DNA of 61,726 nt from assembly GCA_017453505.1 (NCBI GenBank), contig JAFTEU010000070.1, forward strand, positions 1 through 61,726, given 5' to 3'. Made by a program: the position numbers and the translations under genes. The number at the start of each line of letters is the position of its first letter. Position 1 is the first letter of the stretch. The notes beneath the pieces are model-generated. The model was not told where the DNA came from. It was given only the letters and a program-made list of their open reading frames with translations, and did not search any database. Below are positions 18,881 through 30,138 of the stretch, one piece after another. This DNA comes from Muribaculaceae bacterium (GTDB taxonomy: Bacteria > Bacteroidota > Bacteroidia > Bacteroidales > Muribaculaceae).

Positions 18881-20197
18881 ATGGAAAAGAACCAATACAT
18901 TGTAGCACTTGAAATCGGAAGCTCTAAAATCGTAGGAGCAATCGCCGAGAAAACATCGGCTGGATACTTGAGTGTAAGGCATCTGCAGGAGGAAAAGCAC
19001 CTGAACAGCGTGCGCTATGGAATCGTGCAGAATGTAGAGAATATCAAGAGCAGCATCAACCGCATCATGCGCAACCTTGAGGGCATGATCGATGGCCGCA
19101 TCACCCAGGTCTATATGGGTGTCAGCGGCCGCTCGCTTCACAGCATCGTCAGTGAGGTGAACCGCAGCGTCGGCTCAACCGAAGCGATCACCAGGGAACT
19201 TATTGACCGCATCATCCATGATGCTACCAGTACCCCTATCCGCAATCATGACACAATAGATATCGTGCCTCGCGCCTACTATGTGGACAAGGTCGAGACT
19301 CCTAACCCTGTGGGGCAGTTTGGCTCGTCTATCAAAATCAAGGTCAATCTGATTGTCGCTAAACCGGCACTGAAGTTAAATCTCAATAGGCTGATGACCT
19401 TTGGTGTGCCTGCCAAGGATTACATCGTTACCCCGCTGGCTGTCGCCGAACAGATCCTGAGTGATAGCGATCGTGAACTGGGCTGCATGCTTGTTGATAT
19501 GGGTGCCGAAACCACAACTGTGGCTGTTTACAAGAACAAGGCTCTCATTTACTTGAATACACTGCCCATGGGTGGCCGCAACTTGACCCGTGACATCATG
19601 AATGGCCTCAACGTGCTTGAGGAAACGGCCGAGAATGTCAAGAAGAACATCAACAATCCGCTTGACCCCAACAATGTGAGCAGTGTGGTCATCGAAGGTG
19701 TCAGCGCTCCCGAGGCTGCCCAGTACATCAGCGCGCGTACAGGCGAAATCATCGCCAATATCAATCAGCAGTTTGCCGATGCCGGTGTGTCGACCGACGA
19801 GATCAAGAGCATTGTGCTCATCGGCGGCGGTGCCCACCTGGGTGGCCTGCAGCAGAAGCTTGCCGAGACCGTTAAGGTCAAGGTGCGCATGGGCCAGAAT
19901 CCCACAACGCTCAATATCCTTAATCCAGAGATCAACCGCATGGAGTATATTGAGGTATTCTCCTTGTTGGCTAAGGCTGCCGAACTCATTGAGGATGGTG
20001 CCACTTGTGTTGAACTGAATAGGTATGACAGCCCTGTGTTTGAAGGTACCGTTCCTGTTAAGCCCGAGCCCGTCGTTGAACAGCCCGAGAGGCCTAGGGT
20101 GAGTGAAAAGCCCCGTAAGGAAAAAGGCTGGGGACGTAAATGGGCTGATAAACTCAAGAGCCTCATGTCGGAGGACGACATGGATGACGAGCAGTAA
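18881..20197 (+). CDS. ftsA: Cell division protein FtsA
   Basis: ALEIGSSKI, VDMGAETT, IGGGA. ATG 18881 is in frame within track ORF 18722. Confidence 0.93.
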   Translation: MEKNQYIVALEIGSSKIVGAIAEKTSAGYLSVRHLQEEKHLNSVRYGIVQNVENIKSSINRIMRNLEGMIDGRITQVYMGVSGRSLHSIVSEVNRSVGSTEAITRELIDRIIHDATSTPIRNHDTIDIVPRAYYVDKVETPNPVGQFGSSIKIKVNLIVAKPALKLNLNRLMTFGVPAKDYIVTPLAVAEQILSDSDRELGCMLVDMGAETTTVAVYKNKALIYLNTLPMGGRNLTRDIMNGLNVLEETAENVKKNINNPLDPNNVSSVVIEGVSAPEAAQYISARTGEIIANINQQFADAGVSTDEIKSIVLIGGGAHLGGLQQKLAETVKVKVRMGQNPTTLNILNPEINRMEYIEVFSLLAKAAELIEDGATCVELNRYDSPVFEGTVPVKPEPVVEQPERPRVSEKPRKEKGWGRKWADKLKSLMSEDDMDDEQ

Positions 20198-20249
20198 TCA
20201 CACGTAAAGAACTCAATTACCCATTATCTAGAAAATAATAACACTCAAT

Positions 20250-21668
20250 ATGGATCAGAATAAAATCAACTTCAGTGGGAATAGCCAGGGTTCGCGCGAG
20301 CCGGGTGATGACATCATGTCAAGACTGGATCAGAATTCAGGCTTCCAGGATAAAGAAAAATCGCGTACTATCATTAAGGTGATGGGCGTCGGTGGCGGTG
20401 GTAACAATGCCATCAACCACATGTATATGCAGAATATCGAGGGCGTTTCGTTTGTCGTTCTCAATACCGACCGCCAGCAGCTCAACGAGTCACCGGTGCC
20501 CAACCGCGTCTTGCTGGGTCCCAATACGACCCATGGTCTGGGTGCTGGTAACGTTCCCGAGACGGCTCGCCGTGCGGCTGAGGAAAGCGAGGCCGAGATT
20601 GCGCAGCTCTTTGACGACGACACCAAGATGGTGTTCATCACCGCTGGTATGGGTGGTGGCACTGGTACCGGTGCTGCTCCCGTTGTGGCCCGCATCGCTC
20701 ATGAGAGAGGTGTGCTCACCATCGGTATCGTGACAATTCCCTTCCTGTTCGAGGGTCCCAAGAAAATCCTTAAGGCACTGGCTGGTGCCGACGAGATGGG
20801 CAAGTATGTTGATGCCCTGCTCATTATCAATAACCAGAGTCTGACTGAGATTTACAGCGACCTGGACTTCACCAACGCATTCGGTAAGGCCGATGACACG
20901 CTCACTATCGCTGCACGCAGCATCAGCGATCTGATTACTATCAATGGTGTCATCAACCTTGACTTTAACGATGTGAACACGACCCTGCGCAATGGTGGTG
21001 CAGCTATCATTAGTTCGGGTTATGGTAAGGGTGAGCGCCGTGTGGCTAAGGCTATCGAGGATGCCTTGGAGTCGCCGCTGCTCAAGAACCGTGACGTCTA
21101 TGGTGCCAAGAAGATTCTGATGAACTTCTACTTCAATCCCAATAGTGAGGCTCCACTCATCATGGAAGAGATGAATGAGATATCGGAATTCATGGCCAAT
21201 TTTGTTGACCCGGATATCGATGTTATTTGGGGTACGGCCTACGACTATTCGCTTGAAGATCAGATTAAGGTCACCGTTCTTGCCGCTGGATTCAATGTGT
21301 CGCTGGATAAGGAAGCTCCCGTTGCTTCGGTATCAGTAAGGCGTGAGCCGACTACCGTCGTTACACCTCCTTCCATGTCCGATGACGAGAAGTTGAAGGC
21401 TACCTATGGTGACAAGGCTATCAGCAATCTCATGCAGAAGCAGCTCAGTGCCCGTTACATTGTCCTCTCGCCCGATGAGATGGACGATGACGACGTAATC
21501 GAGATGATGGAGAAGACACCGACCTACAAGCGTAAACCTGACTTCCGCAACCAGATCAAGGAGCGCCAGCAGGCTGCGACCCAGGAGCGCCCCGTCGAGG
21601 TGCCCAGGCCTGGGAGACGCATGGGCAGTAGTGACTCGCCGACAATCGACTTCGGTGACAACAACTGA
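20250..21668 (+). CDS. ftsZ: Cell division protein FtsZ
   Basis: GVGGGGNNA, AGMGGGTGTG tubulin signature, INLDFNDV. Confidence 0.98.
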   Translation: MDQNKINFSGNSQGSREPGDDIMSRLDQNSGFQDKEKSRTIIKVMGVGGGGNNAINHMYMQNIEGVSFVVLNTDRQQLNESPVPNRVLLGPNTTHGLGAGNVPETARRAAEESEAEIAQLFDDDTKMVFITAGMGGGTGTGAAPVVARIAHERGVLTIGIVTIPFLFEGPKKILKALAGADEMGKYVDALLIINNQSLTEIYSDLDFTNAFGKADDTLTIAARSISDLITINGVINLDFNDVNTTLRNGGAAIISSGYGKGERRVAKAIEDALESPLLKNRDVYGAKKILMNFYFNPNSEAPLIMEEMNEISEFMANFVDPDIDVIWGTAYDYSLEDQIKVTVLAAGFNVSLDKEAPVASVSVRREPTTVVTPPSMSDDEKLKATYGDKAISNLMQKQLSARYIVLSPDEMDDDDVIEMMEKTPTYKRKPDFRNQIKERQQAATQERPVEVPRPGRRMGSSDSPTIDFGDNN

Positions 21669-21740
21669 TCAGTCCCGAGCGAATGATAGTTTTTATCAAA
21701 TAAACTGAAATTTAAGGTATAAGAAACCAGAAACTTAATA

Positions 21741-23012
21741 ATGCTGACTCTACAACTCATTAACCAGGACCCCGAGGAGGTGATTCGCCGCCTCGCCGTC
21801 AAGCACTTTGACGGGCGTGAACCCATCATGCGCATTGTGGAACTGGACAAGCAGCGCCGTGCTCTGCAGAAGCAACGCGACGACAATGCCGCTGTATTGA
21901 ATAAGATGGCTGCCCAGATCGGTGCCCTCATGAAGCAGGGTGACCGTGAGGAGGCCGAGAACGTCAAGGCTCAGGTGGCTGGCCTCAAGACCGCCAACAA
22001 GGAGATTGATGACAACCTCACCGCCGCTCAGGACGAGATTACTCAGATCCTGCTCAGCGTCCCCAACGTGCCCTACAGCGGCGTGCCCGAGGGCAAGACT
22101 GCTGAGGACAACGTGGTTGAGAAGACGGGTGGCAAAATGCCCGAGCTGGGTGAGGATGCTCTGCCGCACTGGGATCTGGCCAAGAAGTACAACTTGATTG
22201 ACTTTGACCTGGGTGTGAAGATTACCGGTGCCGGGTTCCCTGTCTATGTGGGTAAGGGAGCGCGACTGCAGCGTGCATTGACCCAGTTCTTCCTCGACGA
22301 AGCCGGCAAGGCTGGTTATGTCGAGATTGAACCTCCCTTCGTTGTCAATGAGGCATCAGGCCTGGGAACAGGCCAATTGCCCGACAAGGAGGGCCAGATG
22401 TACCATTGCCAAGTCGATAATTTTTACTTGATTCCTACTGCCGAGGTGCCTGTCACCAACATGTATCGTGATGTTATCATCCCGCAGGAGGAATTGCCCA
22501 AGAAGAATTGCGCTTTCTCGGCATGCTTCCGTCGTGAGGCCGGTTCTTATGGCAAGGACGTGCGCGGTTTGAACCGTCTGCATCAGTTTGACAAAGTCGA
22601 GATCGTGCGCATCGAGAAGCCTGAGAACTCCTATGCTGCCCTCGAGGAGATGAAGGACCACGTTCAAGGACTGCTCGAGAAATTGGAATTGCCGTGGCAC
22701 ATCCTGCGCCTGTGCGGTGGTGACATGAGTTTTACCAGTGCCATCACCTTTGACTTTGAGGTATGGTCGGCAGCTCAGCAGCGCTGGCTTGAGGTGAGCA
22801 GCGTCTCTAACTTTGAGACCTATCAGGCTAACCGTCTCAAGTGCCGTTATCGTGGTGATGACAAGAAGACCCATCTGTGCCACACACTCAATGGCTCGGC
22901 ATTGGCGTTGCCTCGCATTGTCGCCGCCCTGCTCGAGAACAACCAGACACCCGAGGGCATCCGCATCCCTGCCGCCCTGCAGCGTTACACTGGATTTGAC
23001 ATCATCGACTGA
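21741..23012 (+). CDS. serS: Serine-tRNA ligase
   Basis: N-terminal coiled coil, LIPTAEVP, FRREAGS, LEVSSVSN, HTLNGS. Confidence 0.97.
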   Translation: MLTLQLINQDPEEVIRRLAVKHFDGREPIMRIVELDKQRRALQKQRDDNAAVLNKMAAQIGALMKQGDREEAENVKAQVAGLKTANKEIDDNLTAAQDEITQILLSVPNVPYSGVPEGKTAEDNVVEKTGGKMPELGEDALPHWDLAKKYNLIDFDLGVKITGAGFPVYVGKGARLQRALTQFFLDEAGKAGYVEIEPPFVVNEASGLGTGQLPDKEGQMYHCQVDNFYLIPTAEVPVTNMYRDVIIPQEELPKKNCAFSACFRREAGSYGKDVRGLNRLHQFDKVEIVRIEKPENSYAALEEMKDHVQGLLEKLELPWHILRLCGGDMSFTSAITFDFEVWSAAQQRWLEVSSVSNFETYQANRLKCRYRGDDKKTHLCHTLNGSALALPRIVAALLENNQTPEGIRIPAALQRYTGFDIID

Positions 23013-23044
23013 TAGTTGTCGAATATTACATTAATATAATAAGG

Positions 23045-23081
23045 AAGGCACTGTCCGCTACTGTGAGGGCGGTGCCTTTTT
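23045..23081 (+). terminator. Rho-independent terminator after serS
   Basis: AAGGCACTGTCC...GGGCGGTGCCTT followed by T tract. Confidence 0.7.
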
Positions 23082-23102
23082 AACTAAAGGATCAAGACCC
23101 TT

Positions 23103-24131
23103 ATGGCACAACGTAAAGCCTGGCTCGATTATCTCAAGTTCATCGCGATGTTTCTGGTGGTGGTGTACCACACACCGCCTCGCTATGACAATGCCCATGA
23201 GGCAGCCCTATTCAATATGGGTGCACCGGTTTTCTTCTTTGCTGCTGGTTACCTGTTCAGCATTGCCGGGCAAAAGGATTTTGTGTCCTTTTTGTTCCAT
23301 CGGGCCAAGCAGATTCTGGTTCCCTATACCACATTCTTCATCATCTTCTATGCATTGTGGTTGGTTGTGGGACGCCGCATGGCGGGCCCTGAGGAGCTGG
23401 AAATCGATACATTGCTACCCTTGTGGCAGTTTATCAAGGGAACCCCCGATGTGGTTTTGGGACCGTTCTGGTTCCTGGCTGCGTTGTTCACCATGCAGTT
23501 GATCTATTACCCCATCAGTAGATACTTGAGGGGGCACTGGCCTCTGATTATATCGGTTCTGTTGAGCCTGTCTCTTTTTATTATGCCTGATGTGCCCGCA
23601 TTCCGTTATTGGAATCTGGATAAGGCACTGCTTTACATGCCCATCTATGCGGTGGGTAATTGTTGCCGTCCCCTGGTTGACCGTTTCCAGTTCTCTGCAG
23701 CCAGGCCTTCGCTCCTGTGGCTCCTGCTTGCTGTGTTGGGCCTCGGTTTCCTGATTGTCGCTCCGCTCTGGATAGACCGACGATATGTAGATGTGCCTTA
23801 TGTCCTTGCCCCCATGGCTGTAATACTTGTGCTGCCGCTCTATACTTCAGTGTGCAAATGGCTTGAACAACATTGCGGTACAAGCGGGATTGCGCAGACC
23901 GTGGCCATCACGGGTATTACCTATCTGGCGCTGCAGAATTACCTCATCGGTATCATCAAGATGCTTATTGCCCGCATAGCGGGGCCGTCGACGTTTGATG
24001 ATAACTTGTTGCTGAAAGTAGCTATAGCCGTTGCTGTAATGATGATTCTATATCCGCTGGCCCTGTTTGTGGAACATTACATGCCCTTCCTCCTGGGGAA
24101 ACCCTTTAAAACTAAATCCAACAAGCCATAG
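23103..24131 (+). CDS. Acyltransferase_3 family membrane acyltransferase
   Basis: R..WLDYLK.IAMFLVVVYH, PVFFF.AGY, R..ILVPY, WFL motifs; multi-TM. Confidence 0.85.
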   Translation: MAQRKAWLDYLKFIAMFLVVVYHTPPRYDNAHEAALFNMGAPVFFFAAGYLFSIAGQKDFVSFLFHRAKQILVPYTTFFIIFYALWLVVGRRMAGPEELEIDTLLPLWQFIKGTPDVVLGPFWFLAALFTMQLIYYPISRYLRGHWPLIISVLLSLSLFIMPDVPAFRYWNLDKALLYMPIYAVGNCCRPLVDRFQFSAARPSLLWLLLAVLGLGFLIVAPLWIDRRYVDVPYVLAPMAVILVLPLYTSVCKWLEQHCGTSGIAQTVAITGITYLALQNYLIGIIKMLIARIAGPSTFDDNLLLKVAIAVAVMMILYPLALFVEHYMPFLLGKPFKTKSNKP

Positions 24132-24187
24132 TTGAGGTTGACGGTCAGAAACGAGCGGACCGTGGCAAGAGAATCAAAACTTTTTAC

Positions 24188-24195
24188 TACCTTTG
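24188..24195 (+). promoter_or_regulatory. -7 promoter box for lysS
   Basis: TACCTTTG. Confidence 0.6.
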
Positions 24196-24233
24196 CAATT
24201 TAATAGCAAACAATATCTTAATAAAGACATAAC

Positions 24234-25976
24234 ATGAATGTACTTGAATTGAGCGAACAAGAGATTATCCGCCGCAATAGTTTGGAGCAACTCAAGGCGA
24301 TGGGCATCAATCCTTACCCTGCCGACGAGTATGTGGTAAATGCCTACAGCGATGATATCGTTGCCAACTTTGTTGACGATGCCGCGCCGCGTCAGGTGAG
24401 CATCGCCGGCCGCATGATGAACCGTCGCATCATGGGTAAAGCCTCATTCTTTGAACTGCAAGATTCGCGCGGTCGTGTCCAGGTCTATGTGAGCCGTGAT
24501 GACTTGTGCCCTGATGAGAACAAGGATACTTATAATGTGGTGTTCAAGAAATTGCTGGATATGGGCGACTTCGTCGGTGTGCAGGGCTTTGTTTTCCGCA
24601 CTCAGACCGGTGAAATCAGTGTTCATTGCCAGTCCCTCAAGTTGTTGAGCAAGTCATTGAAGCCTCTGCCTGTGGTCAAGCAGAAGGACGGTGTGACCTA
24701 TGACGCTTTTGAGGATCCCGAGTTGCGCTATCGTCAGCGCTATGTTGACCTCATTGTCAACAATGGTGTAAAGGATACCTTCCTCAAGCGTGCACTGGTG
24801 GTGAAGACCATGCGACAAGTGCTGGACGATGCAGGTTATACCGAGGTTGAGACTCCGACGCTTCAAGCTATCGCTGGTGGTGCAACGGCTCGCCCGTTTA
24901 TCACTCACTTCAACGCATTGAACATCCAGATGTACATGCGCATCGCTACCGAGCTCTACCTCAAGCGCTTGATTGTCGGTGGCTTTGAAGGTGTTTATGA
25001 GATTGGAAAGAACTTCCGCAACGAGGGTATGGACCGCAACCATAATCCCGAGTTCACATGTATGGAACTCTATGTGCAATACAAGGATTACAACTGGATG
25101 ATGTCGTTTACCGAGCAGTTGCTTGAAACCATCTGTACAGCAGTTAACGGTAAGCCCGAGACCGAAATCGATGGTCAGACAATCAGTTTCAAGGCTCCAT
25201 ACCGTCGCCTTCCCATCCTGGAAGCCATCAAGGAAAAAACCGGATATGACTTGGAGGGAAAGAGCGAAGACGAGATCCGCGAGGTTTGCAAGGCGCTCAA
25301 ACTCGAGATTGACGACACCATGGGCAAGGGTAAGCTGATTGATGAGATTTTCGGTGAATTCTGTGAGGGTACTTTTATCCAGCCCACGTTCATCATCGAT
25401 TATCCCGTTGAGATGTCGCCGCTGACCAAGATGCATCGCAGTAAACCAGGGTTGACCGAGCGTTTCGAGCTCATGGTTAACGGAAAAGAGCTGGCGAATG
25501 CCTACAGTGAGCTGAACGATCCCATCGACCAGGAAGAGCGCTTCAAGGAGCAGATGCGTCTTGCCGATAAGGGTGATGACGAGGCAATGATTATCGATCA
25601 GGACTTCTTGCGTGCTTTGCAATACGGTATGCCTCCCACGAGTGGTATCGGCATCGGCATTGACCGCCTGGTGATGCTCATGACCGGCAACAGCTATATT
25701 CAGGACGTGCTGCTGTTCCCGCAGATGCGCCCCGAAAAGGTGCCTGCCCGTGACAAGGTAGAAGCCTTCACCGCTCTAGGTATTCCTGAGGAGTGGGTTG
25801 CCCCCATCCAGAAAGCAGGCTACCTTACCGTTGCTGCTCTGGGAGCACTGGAGAAACCTGGTAAGTTGTTCCAGGATCTGCTTGACATCAACAAGAAGTA
25901 CAAGTTAGGTTACAAGGTTCCTGTCGTTGATGAGGTCAAGAAGTGGGTCGAGGCCGCAGCCGCCGTTCAGGAGTAA
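24234..25976 (+). CDS. lysS: Lysine-tRNA ligase (class II) with Bacteroidetes C-terminal extension
   Basis: [43 protein letters not shown]. Confidence 0.98.
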   Translation: MNVLELSEQEIIRRNSLEQLKAMGINPYPADEYVVNAYSDDIVANFVDDAAPRQVSIAGRMMNRRIMGKASFFELQDSRGRVQVYVSRDDLCPDENKDTYNVVFKKLLDMGDFVGVQGFVFRTQTGEISVHCQSLKLLSKSLKPLPVVKQKDGVTYDAFEDPELRYRQRYVDLIVNNGVKDTFLKRALVVKTMRQVLDDAGYTEVETPTLQAIAGGATARPFITHFNALNIQMYMRIATELYLKRLIVGGFEGVYEIGKNFRNEGMDRNHNPEFTCMELYVQYKDYNWMMSFTEQLLETICTAVNGKPETEIDGQTISFKAPYRRLPILEAIKEKTGYDLEGKSEDEIREVCKALKLEIDDTMGKGKLIDEIFGEFCEGTFIQPTFIIDYPVEMSPLTKMHRSKPGLTERFELMVNGKELANAYSELNDPIDQEERFKEQMRLADKGDDEAMIIDQDFLRALQYGMPPTSGIGIGIDRLVMLMTGNSYIQDVLLFPQMRPEKVPARDKVEAFTALGIPEEWVAPIQKAGYLTVAALGALEKPGKLFQDLLDINKKYKLGYKVPVVDEVKKWVEAAAAVQE

Positions 25977-26005
25977 CCTATTGTAGACTGAAGAGATACC
26001 CATCT

Positions 26006-26048
26006 AGAGGGGCAGAGACAACTCATTGAGAGTCGTTTCTGCCCCTCT
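26006..26048 (+). terminator. Stem-loop after lysS
   Basis: AGAGGGGCAGA...TCTGCCCCTCT. Confidence 0.65.
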
Positions 26049-26224
26049 TGGAAATCAGTAATTTGCAATTTTTAAGAAAGTTTTTTCCGCCTAATTGGGT
26101 GTAAAAAGACCTTTTTATCGTTATTATTTTATAACTTTGGCATTTGATTCAGTGGGTTTTGTGCGTTTTTAATGCGCATCTCGCTGCTAATCAGTGTGTT
26201 GAATAATAATTAAAATTACTCGAT

Positions 26225-28573
26225 ATGTTAAAAAAACATCTTTTTTTCCTGATGCTTCTGGTAATGGCTGTTGTCAATGCTAATGCCAGCACTTGGAAAA
26301 TCCATAACTACTACGTGGCCTCCAAGATTCAGAATGTCGTTGACATGGGTGATAAGGTGTATTACTTGAACAGTAATTACCTCTTCCAGTTTGACAAGAC
26401 GACCAAGGAGACGGTATCTCTGGGTAAACAGAACATCTTGTCGGAGAACAGCGTTTCTCAGATTTACTACGACTGGGAGAATAAGTTGCTCTTTGTCGCT
26501 TATCCTAATGCCAATCTTGATGTGATTGACGTTAATGGTAAGGTCAAGAACATCAGTAACTTGAAGGATATTGTTGTTCCAGTCAGGAGCTACGAGCTGA
26601 CAAGTGGTGATATTAGCTCCTATGTTGACAAGTCGATTAATGACATCACTTTTGCCGAGGGTACTGCCTATGTGGCTTATGGTATCGGATATCTTACAAT
26701 TGACGAGTCAACCATCAGTGTGTCAAAGAATTATCCTCTGCTGGGGCAAAAGAGCCTCAAGATTAATTCTGTTGTCAAGAAAGGTGATGAGATATTGATC
26801 TTCTCAAATGCGTATTGCTATCATGGTGCACCTGGTGACGAAGATCCAATGCACAACTATGCTACAATATCTGGTTCCTTCACCGATGTAAGGACTTTTC
26901 CCATCAATGATAACTCGATATTCATCCTGGGGACCAAGCTTTATAACTATGACTTCTCTAGCGGTAACCCCAGTCTGACCTCTCTTGTATCGGCAGCTCC
27001 GACCAGTGTGCAGAAGACGGCCACTGGTTTTGTCGCCAACTTTGCAGGCCAGAGTTACTATTACACGATCGATGCAACGGGTAAAACTGCTACCAAGGTG
27101 GGCTCTACGGCTTGCTTCGCTTCATCTGATCCTACTGGTGACGGCTCAACTTGGATTAATGATGCCAACGGTTTGCACAAGAATGGAACTTCGACCAACT
27201 ACAAGATGAACTCGATGACGACCGACATGCCTCACTGGCTGAAGTACAATGCAGCCATGAACAAACTCTATGTCGCAACACCCGCTCCCAATCTTGTTGA
27301 TGCGTTAACAATTATGACTAATGTCATCAATACTTATGATGGAAATCAATGGGCAAACGCGACTGCCTATTCTACAGGTCATTGTGTGGGTTATGAGTTC
27401 GTCTTTGACCCGATGGATCCTACGACTTACGTTCGAACAAGTTGGTTGAAGGGTATATATAAGGTGACTAATGACGTGATGAAAACCAACTATACATCAG
27501 CCAATTCTCTAATTGGTAACTATAAGGCTCATCCGGCATTTGATAATTATGGCAACATGTGGGTGGTTAGTTCCTTTGGCAATGCGGCATGCCCCACAGC
27601 GGTTCTGCCTCGTGCTGGCTACCTTAAGGCTACTCCTTCCAAGACCGATTGGTTCCAGCCCAGTGGACTCGGTAACCTCAACACCGGCAACATGCAGCGT
27701 TCTAGCTTTGTGATTGCCAAGAAGAATAACATGAAGATTTATACCGACGGAGACTATCCCGTGGCAGGTGATGCCATGAAGGGACGTCTCTTGTGCTGGG
27801 ATAACGGCAATGAGGATCCCACGGTTGATCAGTACCGTTTCACTTCCATCAGCCATTTTGCTGATCAGGACAACAAGCAGATTGATTTCATGTATATCAA
27901 TCGCATGAAGGAAGATAAGGATGGTATGATCTGGGTGGGTCACAGCACTGGCCTGTTCATGTTTGACCCGACGATAGTCTTTGATGATTATCCCAGGGCT
28001 ATCCGCCCCTTTGCCGCTAAGTTCAGTGAAGGTAAGGGCTACCTGTGTGAGGGTTATATTGTCTATGACTTCGGTATCGATCATGATAACAACAAGTGGG
28101 TTGCCACTAACAATGGTCTCTACTTTGTGTCGCCCGATGGAACTGAGGTCTACAATCACTTCACGACCGACAACAGTGACATCCCCAGCAATACGATCTA
28201 TAGTGTAGAGTGTGACACCGTCAATAACCGCGTGTACATCTATAGTGACAATGGCTTTGCCGAGTATGTCGCCAATGGTGATGCTGCGGCATTGAACTTT
28301 GACGGTACTTATGCCTTCCCCAATCCTGTCGAGCCCGATTTCACTGGCATGATCAAGATTGCCGGCCTGATGGATAAGACCTACGTCACGATTACCGACC
28401 GTGATGGTAATGTCATCACCCAGATGGGCCCCGTCATGGGTAGCGCGTTGTGGGACGGTAGTGGTGCCGACGGCGAGCGTGTCCCCACTGGAGTTTACAA
28501 CATCTATGTGGCACAGGGTGCACAGCCTGCTGTAACGGGTCAGCCCCAGGCCACCGTCATGATCATCAAGTGA
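26225..28573 (+). CDS. porZ: PorZ-like T9SS beta-propeller protein, paralog 1
   Basis: Signal peptide, W.IH..Y N-terminus, AYPNANLDVID, G.IWVG / NNKWVAT propeller blades, YAFPNPVEPD...VPTGVYNI CTD. Promoter TAACTTTG at 26132. Confidence 0.75.
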   Translation: MLKKHLFFLMLLVMAVVNANASTWKIHNYYVASKIQNVVDMGDKVYYLNSNYLFQFDKTTKETVSLGKQNILSENSVSQIYYDWENKLLFVAYPNANLDVIDVNGKVKNISNLKDIVVPVRSYELTSGDISSYVDKSINDITFAEGTAYVAYGIGYLTIDESTISVSKNYPLLGQKSLKINSVVKKGDEILIFSNAYCYHGAPGDEDPMHNYATISGSFTDVRTFPINDNSIFILGTKLYNYDFSSGNPSLTSLVSAAPTSVQKTATGFVANFAGQSYYYTIDATGKTATKVGSTACFASSDPTGDGSTWINDANGLHKNGTSTNYKMNSMTTDMPHWLKYNAAMNKLYVATPAPNLVDALTIMTNVINTYDGNQWANATAYSTGHCVGYEFVFDPMDPTTYVRTSWLKGIYKVTNDVMKTNYTSANSLIGNYKAHPAFDNYGNMWVVSSFGNAACPTAVLPRAGYLKATPSKTDWFQPSGLGNLNTGNMQRSSFVIAKKNNMKIYTDGDYPVAGDAMKGRLLCWDNGNEDPTVDQYRFTSISHFADQDNKQIDFMYINRMKEDKDGMIWVGHSTGLFMFDPTIVFDDYPRAIRPFAAKFSEGKGYLCEGYIVYDFGIDHDNNKWVATNNGLYFVSPDGTEVYNHFTTDNSDIPSNTIYSVECDTVNNRVYIYSDNGFAEYVANGDAAALNFDGTYAFPNPVEPDFTGMIKIAGLMDKTYVTITDRDGNVITQMGPVMGSALWDGSGADGERVPTGVYNIYVAQGAQPAVTGQPQATVMIIK

Positions 28574-28685
28574 TGTTGTGACAGTTTCAATAGAATGATT
28601 ACTCTCAGGAGGGCATGTTGTGTTGTCTGCATGCCCTCTTGTGCTTGAATAAACATCAGCTTCATCGATACAGGAAACCGTTACA

Positions 28686-30131
28686 ATGCTTTTCAACTCG
28701 TTTACGTTTATGATTTTCCTGCCGGTAGTGTTCTTGCTCTACTGGTTTGTCTTCAAGGGCTTGAAATGGCAGAACCTGCTCATTTTGGTCGCCAGTTACA
28801 TTTTCTATGGCTGGTGGGACTGGCGTTTCTTGATACTTATTGCCATCACTTCACTCAGCAGCTTCTTGAGCGGATTGATGATCCAGCGTTACGAGGGAAA
28901 TCGAAAGGCGCAGAAGGCGGTCAGTGCCGTCAATATCATTATCAACTTGGGCATACTCGCGTTGTTCAAGTACTTCGGTTTCTTCATGGAGAGCCTTAAT
29001 GCCCTGCTTGGATCGGTGGGCATTACAATGGATTGGCCCACTGTCAACATCATCTTGCCCGTCGGGATCAGTTTCTACACGTTCCAGGCGCTCAGTTACT
29101 CTATTGACGTGTACAGTCGCAGGATTCAACCGACCCGGGACATTGTCGCCTTTTTTTCCTACATCAGCTTCTTCCCTCAATTGGTGGCGGGACCTATCGA
29201 GCGTGCTACCAATCTGTTGCCGCAGATTCTGAATAAGCGCACATTTGACTACTGTCAGGCTGTTGACGGCTTGCGACAGATTCTGTGGGGCTTCTTCAAG
29301 AAACTGATCATCGCCGACAATTGTGCCGAGGTGGTGAATGATGTCTGGGGCAGCATGGGAGCGCAGACAGGCTTGAACCTTTTCATCAGCCTTGCTCTTT
29401 TTGCCTTTCAGATCTATGCTGACTTCTCGGGCTACAGTGATATCGCGATCGGTAGCGCTAAGTTGTTTGGCATCCAGCTGTCTGATAACTTCAGGGTGCC
29501 ATTCTTCTCGCGCAACATGCGTGAGTTCTGGCGTCGGTGGCACATCACGCTCATCGGCTGGTTCACTCAGTATGTCTATTTCCCGCTCGGAGGCAGCCGT
29601 TGTTCCCGTTCACGCAATATCTTTAATATCCTTGTCGTGTTCACGTTGAGCGGACTATGGCACGGTGCCAATTGGACCTATGTGCTCTGGGGCCTGTACA
29701 ACGGCCTCCTATTTATTCCCCTTATCCTGCTGCCGTCACAGCGTTATCACGGCACTGTTGCCGAGGGACGCGCATTGCCCACGGGGCGGGAACTCTTCAG
29801 CATGTCGCTCACGTTCCTGCTGTTCATCCTGGGTCTGATCATGTTCCGTGCTCCTGATGTTCAGCACATCGTCGATTGCGTCAGTCGTCTGTGCTCGATG
29901 TCGTTGTTCAATTATCATGGCTTGACGATGAAGATGGCAACGAGCCTGTTGTGGTGCGCTGGCCTTATCATTGTTGAGTGGCTGCAGCGCCATCGCCAGC
30001 ATGTGCTCCAGATCGACGGTTATCGCTTGTTCTCGTATAGTGCCGTCAGGCTGGCGCTCTACGCCTCAATGGTGTTCATGATTTTCTATTTTGCCGGACA
30101 GGTGCAGACATTCATCTATTTCCAGTTCTGA
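28686..30131 (+). CDS. MBOAT family O-acyltransferase (AlgI/PatA-like)
   Basis: MLFNS, LPVGISFYTFQ, FFPQLVAGPIER, DFSGYSDIA, EFWRRWH, SGLWHGA. Confidence 0.95.
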   Translation: MLFNSFTFMIFLPVVFLLYWFVFKGLKWQNLLILVASYIFYGWWDWRFLILIAITSLSSFLSGLMIQRYEGNRKAQKAVSAVNIIINLGILALFKYFGFFMESLNALLGSVGITMDWPTVNIILPVGISFYTFQALSYSIDVYSRRIQPTRDIVAFFSYISFFPQLVAGPIERATNLLPQILNKRTFDYCQAVDGLRQILWGFFKKLIIADNCAEVVNDVWGSMGAQTGLNLFISLALFAFQIYADFSGYSDIAIGSAKLFGIQLSDNFRVPFFSRNMREFWRRWHITLIGWFTQYVYFPLGGSRCSRSRNIFNILVVFTLSGLWHGANWTYVLWGLYNGLLFIPLILLPSQRYHGTVAEGRALPTGRELFSMSLTFLLFILGLIMFRAPDVQHIVDCVSRLCSMSLFNYHGLTMKMATSLLWCAGLIIVEWLQRHRQHVLQIDGYRLFSYSAVRLALYASMVFMIFYFAGQVQTFIYFQF

Positions 30132-30138
30132 TCTGATC

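Noticed and set aside
21741-25976. serS/lysS as targets explaining the HipA kinases
   Set aside because: Some HipA kinases target aminoacyl-tRNA synthetases, but these genes are about 20 kb away in a core region. Proximity is not evidence.
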